Source of the DNA: Nemertoderma westbladi
Taxonomy: Eukaryota > Animalia > Xenacoelomorpha
Assembly: GCA_032718475.1 (NCBI GenBank)
Contig: JAUCBJ010000075.1
Location: 45,487-109,486 of the forward strand
DNA length: 64,000 nt
Direction of reading: 5' to 3'
In this document: in pieces, positions 38,654 to 50,233 of the stretch
Numbering within the stretch: position 1 is the stretch's first letter
Layout of the letters: each line of letters begins with the position of its first letter
Translations under genes and position numbers: made by a program
Notes under the pieces: generated by a model
Seen by the model: only the letters and a program-made list of their open reading frames with translations
What the model was told of the DNA's origin: nothing
Database searches by the model: none

Positions 38654-41600
38654 TTATGTTATGGAGTCCCTAGATATTTGTCGGATTAGGGAAGTGGTCG
38701 TAGGAAGAGTATCTTGCCTTCCATAGTTTCCGGACAGTTTTTGGTCTCTTTCCAGTAAACATAAACGACCAGCTGGGTGATTGGGTTGTCGTGTTACTTT
38801 CTCCGCTCCCTTGGCCTGTCTAATCTCAGCCGGGTTAAGGTGGGGAGGCCATTCATCTTCTTCTTTACTCAGGGAGTCGGGTCCACCTAACCAGCCTGGA
38901 GTATCTATCAGTTCTTGAGGAGTTGCTCCTCTGGAAGCGATGTCGGCTGGATTAATCGTCCCAAGGCAATGTCTCCATTGATCTACATTGGAGTTAATAT
39001 CGTCATTATCTGAGGAGTATGGTGTTCCCTCAGTTGGATCGTCCACATCACTGCTCTCCACTTCCCCCTTTACTTGGTATACCTGTTGTTGAGGTAATCT
39101 CTCTTTGAGAGTTCTACGGGAAGGGCCAGTGAAGTACCAACCTACTCTAGTTCTTACCGCATAAGTTTGTAATGGCTGCGGTTGAGCAGGCCGTTTCTCC
39201 AATGTCTCGAGCGCCTCATGCGCGTTTTGGCCGATGAGGATTTGCACTCCAGGATAATCGGTTTGGAATCGAGGTATCTCAAGATGTTGGATGCACTCGT
39301 CCTCGTCCCAGTTATAAGGTTCTGCTTGAGTAGTAGCAAAGTTCTTTATGGCCACCATTTTTACTGACCTTATACCTTGTGTTCCTAACTTATCCTGGGG
39401 GGTGGACAACACACCTACATAGTAATCTGCCGTTAGGGTAGATTTCCAAACCTGCATAATTCCTGACATATTCAGTTTAGTCCGGAACTTGGGTTGTCCA
39501 GCAAAGATATCTTCGGCTAGTTCTTGATTGATGAATGTTCCTGTGCTGCCGGAGTCAAGGAGGGCGTTCACTATGTAGCTTTTGTTAAGACCGTGAACTC
39601 TTACTTGAACTACAGGAAATTCTCTGATTCCTACGTTGGAAGCTGGAGCTTTCCAAGATGGTTGTTTGGCGAAAGTAGTTGGGGGAAACTCATCGTTGAT
39701 GTCCTTTTCGTAAGTAAGTGCTCGATACACTGCGGTATTTATTAGATAACAGGATTCGTTGGCATCGGAGAATTCGTCCGTATAGAATCCTTCCCACTCA
39801 GAACTTTGGTCAGTGTCGTTCACATCACTGAATTGGACATGTGATTTGGGCTCACTTACCTGACTCGGGCTGTTTCGTTCGAATTCCGTGTGTAACAAGC
39901 TATGATGTTTCGCGCCGCACTTAGCACACCTTGCGTCAGAGTAACAGGTTCGCCGCTGGTGTCCGCGTCTGAGACAGTTATAACATAACCGCTTATCCCA
40001 CAGGACTCCACGTCTATCTGCCATGGATTTCTTTAGGAATTCTGCACACGCACTCAAACGGTGGGGCCCGTCGCACAGCGCACATTTTGGTTTGATGTTA
40101 CTCACCTTAACTTGGTTAACGTTCTGCACTCTCGTTCTTTCTTCGGGCTTTCTTCCGTGAATTCTCTTAGGAGACGTAGGAGGAGTTGTTGTTACCTGTT
40201 CTCTCCTGTCACTGGTTCGAGACTTGTATTTACTTACGTCTTTATAGGTCTTGTTGTCATAGTAAGATTTTGCTGTGTCTTTCCCGCTGTCCTCTTCTTG
40301 AGAAGCTTGGCTTTCGCCGTCGTCAGTATAACACACTGGTATTATCCTTCTCCTAGAATCGGGTTTCTCACTTACCTTATTTTCCGATGTTTTCTCTCTG
40401 GCCTGCCTTATGAGTTGTAATTTTACTTCACTATCTAAGAAAGACATGAGATCAGCCATGGTAGGACTTCGTCGTTGTTGTTCATTCATGTACAACACTT
40501 TCTTGTCCCAGCGTGTACATACTCCACCCTTTGGTAAAGTAGAGACTACGGCTCCAATAACCATGGAACTCTGATATTCATGCGACTTACCTAACCAGTC
40601 CAGTTGTCTACAGATCTCTTGAATTTCATCGGAAAACTCTATAATCTCGCTACTAAGGAAGTGTCGGGGGGCTACTAATTTTGTATACAAATACTTAGCT
40701 ATGTTATCTTTGTTACCATACCTGATGTTTAATGTATCCCAAACTTGTCTTAATCCATCTGGATGTCCAATAAACTTTAACGCCATTAACTTGGGAGGTC
40801 CTTCCAAGCACTTGATGAGGAACCTAAGTTTCTCTCCATTAGATAGCACAGAGTTCTGTATGCTGTCTTTATAATATTCGTTGAAAGGTAACCATTTCAT
40901 TTCGTCTCCATTGAATTTGACGATCTCTCCCACTTTGACTGCTTGGCGGGCTTCTGTTCTAGCCATCTGACGCGTAAAGCTTTCTTGGGCCATCGTGTTA
41001 TTTAATATCGAATTATCGGTATACAAATTTCTCGGATCATTATCAGGTCTATAGGGAATATCATTAATAACAGGTCTATAATCACCCTTAATAGGGTTTG
41101 CTATAGGAGTTTCAACTTCACTAGCAGTATAGATGCGTGTAGGCTCCACACCTTGCGCATGTAGTACTTCAGACCTAACAGGTTGACACAATGTTACAGG
41201 AGGTATTGGTATGCCTTTTTGTATATTGACTAATTTGTCGCGTTCTAGCGCGATACTTTGCTGCACTTCTTGCAACTCTGCTCTACCTTCCCTCACTGTT
41301 CCCTTAAGTTGGTGGACAGTCTCCTGCATCTGTCCCAGCAGGAGATTCATCCCCCGCCGTCCCTCTTCCACCCACTCAACCGCCGAAGCGGGAGTCGCCA
41401 ACATAGTAGCGGGCTGACGCGGGACGACGGGAGACAAATTATTGATTTCTCTCTCTGCTATCTGGACAGGGGTATTTGCATGGACTGTTCCACCGGGTAC
41501 AGGCAGTGTAGTGCTATGTAAAGGGAATTTAGAGTTAAGCTCTGGAAGTGTAGGGGTCTCTAGCACAGAAGTGACTTTGGGAACGACAGGCCTAACTATT

Positions 41601-42838
41601 TCCGGCTCATCTACTATAGTAGGGAGTCTATTTACGGTAATAATTTGGTCTGTGGGTTCTGTACTACTTAAATCTGTGCTAGCTATTTGTCTTCTAACAG
41701 CGGGGGGCAAATCGGGCAATTTATGACGGTGAGATGTCTTTCTACGCCTACTGAGACGAGATCTATTTCCTCTGCCTTCAGGATCGGTGGTCTCGCCTTC
41801 CTCCGATGATGTGTATCCTTGGCGTTTGGGAGTAGATCGACTCATCATCTGCATTTGATTAGCAGTAAACTGTTTATTTATACTGTCTTGTGTCTCTTGC
41901 AGATTTTCCAACTCCAGTTGGGTAGTCTGCTCAAATGCTCTCCTTTCTGCTTCTGCCACTGCCTTTGCCGCCTTTTTGTCTGCTTCTGCCATTGCTTCTG
42001 CCGCCTTTCTGTCTGCTTCTGCCATTGCTTCTGCCGCCTTTCTGTCTGCTTCTGCTTCTGCCGCCGCTCTTGCTGCTGCCATTGCCCTTCTGTCCTCTAT
42101 CGCTTTTTTCTTTACTTGCTCTTCTTGGACTCTAACGAGGCGGAGTTTTTCATCACATTCAGCTTGGTTTGCAGCTAACATTTCGGCATCAATTGCGTCC
42201 AACACAAGCTTGGTTCCTTCACTATTAGGGGAAAGTCCAGACAGCCGTCTCCTCAACTCTTCGTCTCCTAGGAATCGCTGATAGTCGGACAAATAAATGT
42301 CGATAGCGTCTCTAGTTCGCGGCTTCTCTGCTGATGTTAATTCGCTTTCCACTTCGCTTTCCACCTCGCTTTCCACTTCGCTTTCCACCTCACTTTCCAC
42401 TTCGCTTTCCACCTCACTTTCCACTTGAGAAGAAGTGGCGTCGGTTGATTCCCCACAGGCTGGCCGCCCATCATAAACCGTATCCGCCATCTTCGCTCCG
42501 CGTTCTGGCGTCCGCTCAACAGTATCCGAACTACTGGAGCTATCGGACCGCTGAGGACCCGGTTCTTGGCCAGGAGGTTGCTGCTGTTTTATAGCTTCTT
42601 CTTGATCCCACTTGACTTGGGCCCGAGTGCCTATGGCAGACCAACGGCGCTTCACTAACTTCGCAAATTGCGAAATCTTTTCTACCAACCTAGGTTCTGA
42701 CACAACCACTGCAGGGGTTGCCCTTCTTACAGTATGAGGGGTTTCAGACCTCGGTCTGGGATTCTCTACACTTTGATCTGAGAAACAGGCTGTTGTTTCT
42801 AGGAGACTATCTGACAGAGTTTGCCTTGTGTCAGCCAT
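38654..42838 (-). CDS. gag-pro: BEL/Pao Gag-protease polyprotein with only remnants of pol (1394 aa)
   Basis: DUF1759-like KFNGDEMKWLPF...LSNGEKLRFL...RYGN; knuckles CALCDGPHRLSAC, CYNCLRRGHQRRTC, CAKCGAKHHSLLH; protease ALLDSGS...ILIG...RTRVGW; QWRH...NPADIASRG...GP...WP remnant; no RT YxDD region and no integrase core. Confidence 0.92.
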   Translation of the reverse strand: MADTRQTLSDSLLETTACFSDQSVENPRPRSETPHTVRRATPAVVVSEPRLVEKISQFAKLVKRRWSAIGTRAQVKWDQEEAIKQQQPPGQEPGPQRSDSSSSSDTVERTPERGAKMADTVYDGRPACGESTDATSSQVESEVESEVESEVESEVESEVESEVESELTSAEKPRTRDAIDIYLSDYQRFLGDEELRRRLSGLSPNSEGTKLVLDAIDAEMLAANQAECDEKLRLVRVQEEQVKKKAIEDRRAMAAARAAAEAEADRKAAEAMAEADRKAAEAMAEADKKAAKAVAEAERRAFEQTTQLELENLQETQDSINKQFTANQMQMMSRSTPKRQGYTSSEEGETTDPEGRGNRSRLSRRRKTSHRHKLPDLPPAVRRQIASTDLSSTEPTDQIITVNRLPTIVDEPEIVRPVVPKVTSVLETPTLPELNSKFPLHSTTLPVPGGTVHANTPVQIAEREINNLSPVVPRQPATMLATPASAVEWVEEGRRGMNLLLGQMQETVHQLKGTVREGRAELQEVQQSIALERDKLVNIQKGIPIPPVTLCQPVRSEVLHAQGVEPTRIYTASEVETPIANPIKGDYRPVINDIPYRPDNDPRNLYTDNSILNNTMAQESFTRQMARTEARQAVKVGEIVKFNGDEMKWLPFNEYYKDSIQNSVLSNGEKLRFLIKCLEGPPKLMALKFIGHPDGLRQVWDTLNIRYGNKDNIAKYLYTKLVAPRHFLSSEIIEFSDEIQEICRQLDWLGKSHEYQSSMVIGAVVSTLPKGGVCTRWDKKVLYMNEQQRRSPTMADLMSFLDSEVKLQLIRQAREKTSENKVSEKPDSRRRIIPVCYTDDGESQASQEEDSGKDTAKSYYDNKTYKDVSKYKSRTSDRREQVTTTPPTSPKRIHGRKPEERTRVQNVNQVKVSNIKPKCALCDGPHRLSACAEFLKKSMADRRGVLWDKRLCYNCLRRGHQRRTCYSDARCAKCGAKHHSLLHTEFERNSPSQVSEPKSHVQFSDVNDTDQSSEWEGFYTDEFSDANESCYLINTAVYRALTYEKDINDEFPPTTFAKQPSWKAPASNVGIREFPVVQVRVHGLNKSYIVNALLDSGSTGTFINQELAEDIFAGQPKFRTKLNMSGIMQVWKSTLTADYYVGVLSTPQDKLGTQGIRSVKMVAIKNFATTQAEPYNWDEDECIQHLEIPRFQTDYPGVQILIGQNAHEALETLEKRPAQPQPLQTYAVRTRVGWYFTGPSRRTLKERLPQQQVYQVKGEVESSDVDDPTEGTPYSSDNDDINSNVDQWRHCLGTINPADIASRGATPQELIDTPGWLGGPDSLSKEEDEWPPHLNPAEIRQAKGAEKVTRQPNHPAGRLCLLERDQKLSGNYGRQDTLPTTTSLIRQISRDSIT

Positions 42839-44199
42839 GTTTGATTGTACAGTTGAATGCCTACTGCTATATTACAGTTAAAGCAAGTCTAGCAATTCAG
42901 TATCACTGTTAGCCTAGTAATTAATTACCGATACTGCTACTCAGTGTAGCGTGATATATATATAATATATTAGAATACCGGTATGCTTATAATATATATA
43001 TAAGTATTATTACAGACTAGATTTGTCACAGAGTACCGGTATATAATTTTAGCACAAATATATATAAATATATAATAGGCCTATCGTGAATACCGGTATA
43101 CAGCTTACACTTATAGTATATATAAGTATAATTATGAACTAAAATTAATTACAGAATACCGGTATGATTTCAGCTCAAATTTATAGAAATAAATATAATA
43201 AGCCTATGGTAAATACCGGTATGTCAATTATTTTAGAATAATTGAATTTCTGAATATTTTAGGGTTACTTGGTTACTTTAACTTACTTTGTTACCGTTAT
43301 TTAAGCAGTAGTCCAACTGATATTGAGACCTAGTTGTTGTATGGCAGGCCTACTATTTATAAATCGTTTGAGTTGATTTATAATATTTATATACCCGTTT
43401 AAAAGGGTTTTGTCAATATTTGAAATAAATGTTATTATTTCTGGGGGGTCACTACACAGAAGCTGTGCGCTCTCAGTGAAGTGCTATTTATTTGACACTA
43501 AAACTGATAATTCTAATTTACCTAAGTTACTTAATACTACAAATTACTTACGATACGGGTGAGATTAATTCTCTAATTAAACACAACAAAATATTACGTA
43601 CAAAATTTTTAGGGTAATTTTACAGGAAGTCTACAAACCAGCCTAACAAAGGGTTAGAATTCTGGTTATTACAATGAACAGGGTACTACGGTATTTGAAA
43701 ATAATAAGTAGTAGTAAATACACTGCGTTGTCCAGATAGGAAAATATCACCGCCTGACGACCTATAACCGTATCGCTATAGGTACTACGTTATGTATCAC
43801 GGATTGTTCCTACCCAGAAGCTAATAGAGCTAACGAATGTGCCTATCAACCACTTTACAACACAAATATACTGCCTACACTAATTACTTCGGAAAGCACT
43901 GTACACTAAACCCTAAATTAGGTACAAGTACCGGTATAACAAATAATCAGTAGTTAAATATACTTGAACAGTTAAAAGAACCACGGCATCTGCTGGAGTG
44001 ACCGAAGCACAAAGTCGTCAGTCTTTACCTACGCCGAGCAGCCCTGATGTAGTACCGGGGTTAATTTAACTATAACGGTATCGTAGTAACAAACACAATT
44101 ACTGTAGGAATAAACTTGGGGACATGAATGTTGCGAATAATCGCATAAACTCTGAATAATAAATATTACGCTACCCGTACAGAATACTCAAACAAATAC

Positions 44200-44730
44200 A
44201 AACCAAAACGCTGGCAGACTACCACCAAGCCTAAATAAACTACCGTACGTGTAGATTCTGAAATAGTTAGTTAGTATGCGTTCTAACACGGTAGTACGAC
44301 TTATTCTTCAAGAGGGGATTGACCTTACCGCTATGGCTGCCCCAACTTACTAACGGAGCTTTATCAGACAAACTCTACACACGCAGCAATCTCTTCAGAC
44401 CTAATAATAGCTAGACAACAATCCAGCCTACAAAATATCTGAGTAATAACTATTACGGTACCTGAACAGACCACACAAACAAACACAGGCTAAAACACTG
44501 GCAGACTACGATCAAGCCTAAATAAACTACAGTATATGCAGATTCTGAAACTGTTAGTTAGTATGCGTTCTAACACGGTAGTACGACTTATTCTTTAAGA
44601 GGGGATTGACCTTCAGCATATGGCTGCCCCAACTTACTAACGGCACTTTATCAGACCAACTCTACACACACCGCAATCTCTCCAAACTCAACAACAGTCA
44701 GACAGCAGCTCAGCCTACAATTATCTGAAC
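44200..44730. repeat. ~286-bp diverged direct duplication in the long 5' leader of the LTR element
   Basis: CTGGCAGACTAC...GTTAGTTAGTATGCGTTCTAACACGGTAGTACGACTTATTCTT...ATGGCTGCCCAACTTACTAACGG occurs twice. Confidence 0.85.
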
Positions 44731-45086
44731 AATCTGAGCAGGGTCACACGCCTTCTGCTCAATATTAGCCTACTAGTAAATAAAACCGACAGAAATAAGT
44801 AAACTATACAAAAGAATGAGGGGTGATCAATCCCTATTCCCCTGGCAGCCTACAATATACAATAGATCACAATCGAAATAATACTAAATGTACTTGTACA
44901 GCAGTACCGGTACCGGTGATGACAGTTAGGCCTACTGACCTACAGAAGCACCGGTTCAGTTTTACCAGTCACTACGGTATTTTGCAACCTTATTGCCTAC
45001 TGCAATAAGATTATAACTGTTACTGTTCGACAGAACAGTATTAAACTGTATTTAATGCTTACACTGCAATACAAAGTAACTGTTAC

Positions 45087-46316
45087 TGTTCGCGCTTTTG
45101 AAGACCTTTAGCAGTTTAACCTGCCAAAATTTATATGTCTTTTAGTTAATTAACACACCTTTAGCATACGACAATATTTTATGCTAATAAACAAAACATT
45201 AGCCGAAGCCAGCCCATGCGCGATCATTCACCCGATGGATCTACACCCGGGAGGCTGAATTCGGATGCTTAGATTTTATTATTGCAGTGTAAGGTTGCAG
45301 TGTAAACCTATTGTATTATTCGATAGATCACTAATAATTAATTTCTGACAGATATTATTAACTTTCGGGAAATATTAACAGTTCCTTTAGGACGTGGCGC
45401 TCTATCTATTTAAACAGAGCTAGGACTTATACTAAACGCAACGATAAGGCTTATGATTAAAGTATAAGTCGCATTCTTTAGGAAATGCTTTGTTACCAGT
45501 CACATCACACTCACAATCATGCACACTATTCTGCCGACCGTCAGTATATTTGATCACACATAAAGAGAACAGCAATTGACTCAGGTAGTGTCTACTAAAT
45601 AACATTAGATTCAATACACACCACATTGATATAAATCGCAATTGTTATATATAGCCCGCCTCTCTAACCTGTAGTGTATCAAGAAAATTGGGAATTTTGG
45701 GTGATTTATCCGTATTCTCCAAAGAGCAATATTTCCATCAACAAATAGATACAATTAATAACTGACGGTAAATAGCAGTACAAACAATATGATTAGTGCA
45801 GTTAAATTAAGTGAGGTAACACCGCCGGTAACAGTTATACTTTCTATAATCTAAGCAGTTTTACTAGAGTTCTTAGAGCCGGTGTTTCTGGCTTAGACAG
45901 CAATAACAACAAAGTATCAAGTAAAAGCAGTAAGACTGAACACTCTCCTTATGATCGGCCGAAAAGCTACACGTCGACAGGAAAAATCGCTCTGATTGGC
46001 TCAAGCCAAACAAAGAACCATGCATCCAATGGCTGTTTCCATGTCAGCAACCAGCTGTTAGATGTCGTAATATGAATCATCACGGCTAAGCTGTGAAAGG
46101 TAGTTGGTGCATTGCAGGTTTTTTGCCTTACCATGTCCGCCAAAACACGTATATAGCAGAATGACTTTTATGTCCGTTAAAACACCTGTAACGGTACCTT
46201 GCGGGCGAGGGGAATATATATACAGTTAGAGAACCTTTTTAGAGTATTCCAGCGCCTGGGGGGAAACTGGATTGCGAAGCAAAAGGGGCCAGTTATATCC
46301 CACAGAAGCTTTTACA
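45087..46316 (-). repeat. 5' LTR
   Basis: Upstream of gag in element orientation; same termini as the 3' LTR. Confidence 0.95.
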
Positions 46317-49300
46317 GTAAGAATTAATAGATACAGTACAGTAGTAAGAATTAATAGATACAGTACAGTAGTAAGAATTAATAGATACAATACAGTAGTA
46401 AGAATTAATAGATACAATACAGTAGTAAGAATTAATAGATACAGTACAGTAGTAAGAATTAATAGATACAGTACAGTAGTAAGAATTAATAGATACAATA
46501 CAGTAGTAAGAATTAATAGATACAGTACAGTAGTAAGAATTAATAGATACAGTACAGTAGTAAGAATTAATAGATACAGAACAGTAGTAAGAATTAATAG
46601 ATACAGTACAGTAGTAAGAATTAATAGATACAATACAGTAGTAAGAATTAATAGATACAGTACAGTAGTAAGAATTAATAGATACAGTACAGTAGTAAGA
46701 ATTAATAGATACAGTACAGTAGTAAGAATTAATAGATACAGTACAGTAGTAAGAATTAATAGATACAGAACAGTAGTAAGAATTAATAGATACAATACAA
46801 TAGTAAGAATTAATAGATACAATACAGTAGTAAGAATTAATAGATACAGTACAGTAGTAAGAATTAATAGATACAGTACAGTAGTAAGAATTAATAGATA
46901 CAATACAGTAGTAAGAATTAATAGATACAGTACAGTAGTAAGAATTAATAGATACAGTACAGTAGTAAGAATTAATAGATACAGTACAGTAGTAAGAATT
47001 AATAGATACAATACAGTAGTAAGAATTAATAGATACAGTTACAGTAGTAAGAATTAATAGATACAGTACAGTAGTAAGAATTAATAGATACAATACAGTA
47101 GTAAGAATTAATAGATACAATACAATAGTAAGAATTAATAGATACAATACAGTAGTAAGAATTAATAGATACAATACAGTAGTAAGAATTAATAGATACA
47201 ATACAGTAGTAAGAATTAATAGATACAAGTACAGTAGTAAGAATTAATAGATACAATACAGTAGTAAGAATTAATAGATACAGTACAGTAGTAAGAATTA
47301 ATAGATACAGTACAGTAGTAAGAATTAATAGATACAGTACAGTAGTAAGAATTAATAGATACAGTACAGTAGTAAGAATTAATAGATACAGTACAGTAGT
47401 AAGAATTAATAGATACAGAACAGTAGTAAGAATTAATAGATACAATACAGTAGTAAGAATTAATAGATACAATACAGTAGTAAGAATTAATAGATACAGT
47501 ACAGTAGTAAGAATTAATAGATACAGTACAGTAGTAAGAATTAATAGATACAATACAGTAGTAAGAATTAATAGATACAATACAGTAGTAAGAATTAATA
47601 GATACAGTACAGTAGTAAGAATTAATAGATACAGTACAGTAGTAAGAATTAATAGATACAATACAGTAGTAAGAATTAATAGATACAGTACAGTAGTAAG
47701 AATTAATAGATACAGTACAGTAGTAAGAATTAATAGATACAGAACAGTAGTAAGAATTAATAGATACAGTACAGTAGTAAGAATTAATAGATACAATACA
47801 GTAGTAAGAATTAATAGATACAGTACAGTAGTAAGAATTAATAGATACAGTACAGTAGTAAGAATTAATAGATACAGTACAGTAGTAAGAATTAATAGAT
47901 ACAGTACAGTAGTAAGAATTAATAGATACAGAACAGTAGTAAGAATTAATAGATACAATACAGTAGTAAGAATTAATAGATACAATACAGTAGTAAGAAT
48001 TAATAGATACAGTACAGTAGTAAGAATTAATAGATACAGTACAGTAGTAAGAATTAATAGATACAGTACAGTAGTAAGAATTAATAGATACAGTACAGTA
48101 GTAAGAATTAATAGATACAGAACAGTAGTAAGAATTAATAGATACAGTACAGTAGTAAGAATTAATAGATACAATACAGTAGTAAGAATTAATAGATACA
48201 GTTAAGTAGTAAGAATTAATAGATACAGTACAGTAGTAAGAATTAATAGATACAATACAGTAGTAAGAATTAATAGATACAATACAATAGTAAGAATTAA
48301 TAGATACAATACAGTAGTAAGAATTAATAGATACAGTACAGTAGTAAGAATTAATAGATACAGTACAGTAGTAAGAATTAATAGATACAATACAATAGTA
48401 AGAATTAATAGATACAATACAGAAGTAAGAATTAATAGATACAGTACAGTAGTAAGAATTAATAGATACAGTACAGTAGTAAGAATTAATAGATACAATA
48501 CAGTAGTAAGAATTAATAGATACAGTACAGTAGTAAGAATTAATAGATACAGTACAGTAGTAAGAATTAATAGATACAGAACAGTAGTAAGAATTAATAG
48601 ATACAGTACAGTAGTAAGAATTAATAGATACAATACAATAGTAAGAATTAATAGATACAGTACAGTAGTAAGAATTAATAGATACAGTACAGCAGTAAGA
48701 ATTAATAGATACAGTACAGTAGTAAGAATTAATAGATACAGTACAGTAGTAAGAATTAATAGATACAGTACAGTAGTAAGAATTAATAGATACAATACAG
48801 TAGTAAGAATTAATAGATACAATACAGTAGTAAGAATTAATAGATACAGTACAGTAGTAAGAATTAATAGATACAGTACAGTAGTAAGAATTAATAGATA
48901 CAGTACAGTAGTAAGAATTAATAGATACAGTACAGTAGTAAGAATTAATAGATACAGTACAGTAGTAAGAATTAATAGATACAGTACAGTAGTAAGAATT
49001 AATAGATACAATACAGTAGTAAGAATTAATAGATACAGTTAAGTAGTAAGAATTAATAGATACAGTACAGTAGTAAGAATTAATAGATACAATACAGTAG
49101 TAAGAATTAATAGATACAATACAATAGTAAGAATTAATAGATACAATACAGTAGTAAGAATTAATAGATACAGTACAGTAGTAAGAATTAATAGATACAG
49201 TACAGTAGTAAGAATTAATAGATACAGTACAGTAGTAAGAATTAATAGATACAGTACAGTAGTAAGAATTAATAGATACAGTACAGTAGTAAGAATTAAT

Positions 49301-49461
49301 AGATACAGTACAGTAGTAAGAATTAATAGATACAGTACAGTAGTAAGAATTAATAGATACAATACAGCAGTAAGAATTTATAGATACAGTACAGTAGTAA
49401 GAATTAATAGATACAATACAGTAGTAAGAATTAATAGATACAATACAGTAGTAAGAATTAA

Positions 49462-50233
49462 GGGGTCATCCATAAAAGACGTCCGAGAAAATCCCGAATT
49501 TTTGGACCCCCCCCCTCCCCCCTGTCCGCGAATGTCCGGTTTTTGAACCCCCCCCCCCCTCCCCCCTATTCGGACGTCCGAATTTTAAAAAATAAAACAG
49601 AAAACAAATACACGAATTATTGCTGTACATTGCTTTATCTTTTTTGAGCAAGTTCCATTCTTCTTGCCCCTTTCGGAATTGCTTCTCTCTAGATAACTCG
49701 CTATGCGACTTTCTATATAGTTCGATAAATTTATTGTATTCCGACATTGCTGGGAGTTATTACCGGTACCGGTAGCCTATTTATCGTGCAGCCTTAGGTC
49801 TGCCGGGAGTGGGCACTAGTAAAGAATAGGGGACCGCAGTACTGACCAGTACATTATCAAACTGAAACTACTTATTAGCCAGTATAATATAGCGTTACGG
49901 TACGGGCTTAATACATTGTAATACATGATAAACTTCACGTATACTGTACAGTGTACAGGTACACCCATCAAGGGTTAGGTTGGCCGTCTCCCCAGATTCT
50001 GAAACTTGAAACTGAAACGTTTACTTTCACTTTAAATATGCGGGGCCTAGGTGCCCATCCCAAAGTTAAGTTTAGACTACATTTGGCCATATGGGCTGCA
50101 AAGTTGACAATAAAAAATTTAAAAACAGACGTCCGAATTTTGCTACACCCCCCCCCCCCCTGTCCGTAAATGTCCGGATTTGGCCAACCCCCCTCCCCCC
50201 CCTCTAGCTCGGACGTCTTTTATGGATGACCCC
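49462..50233. mobile_element. PIF/Harbinger-type (Tourist-like) MITE, 772 bp, TSD TAA
   Basis: TAA|GGGGTCATCCATAAAAGACGTCCGAG ... CTCGGACGTCTTTTATGGATGACCCC|TAA, inserted in the 27-bp array. Confidence 0.9.

Larger units (their letters stand above)
34427..46316 (-). mobile_element. Non-autonomous BEL/Pao LTR retrotransposon, 11.9 kb, 5-bp TSD GTAAG
   Basis: Two 1230-bp TG...CA LTRs, TSD at 34422-34426 and 46317-46321, PPT next to the 3' LTR, BEL/Pao-type Gag with three Cys-His knuckles and an aspartic protease. Confidence 0.95.
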
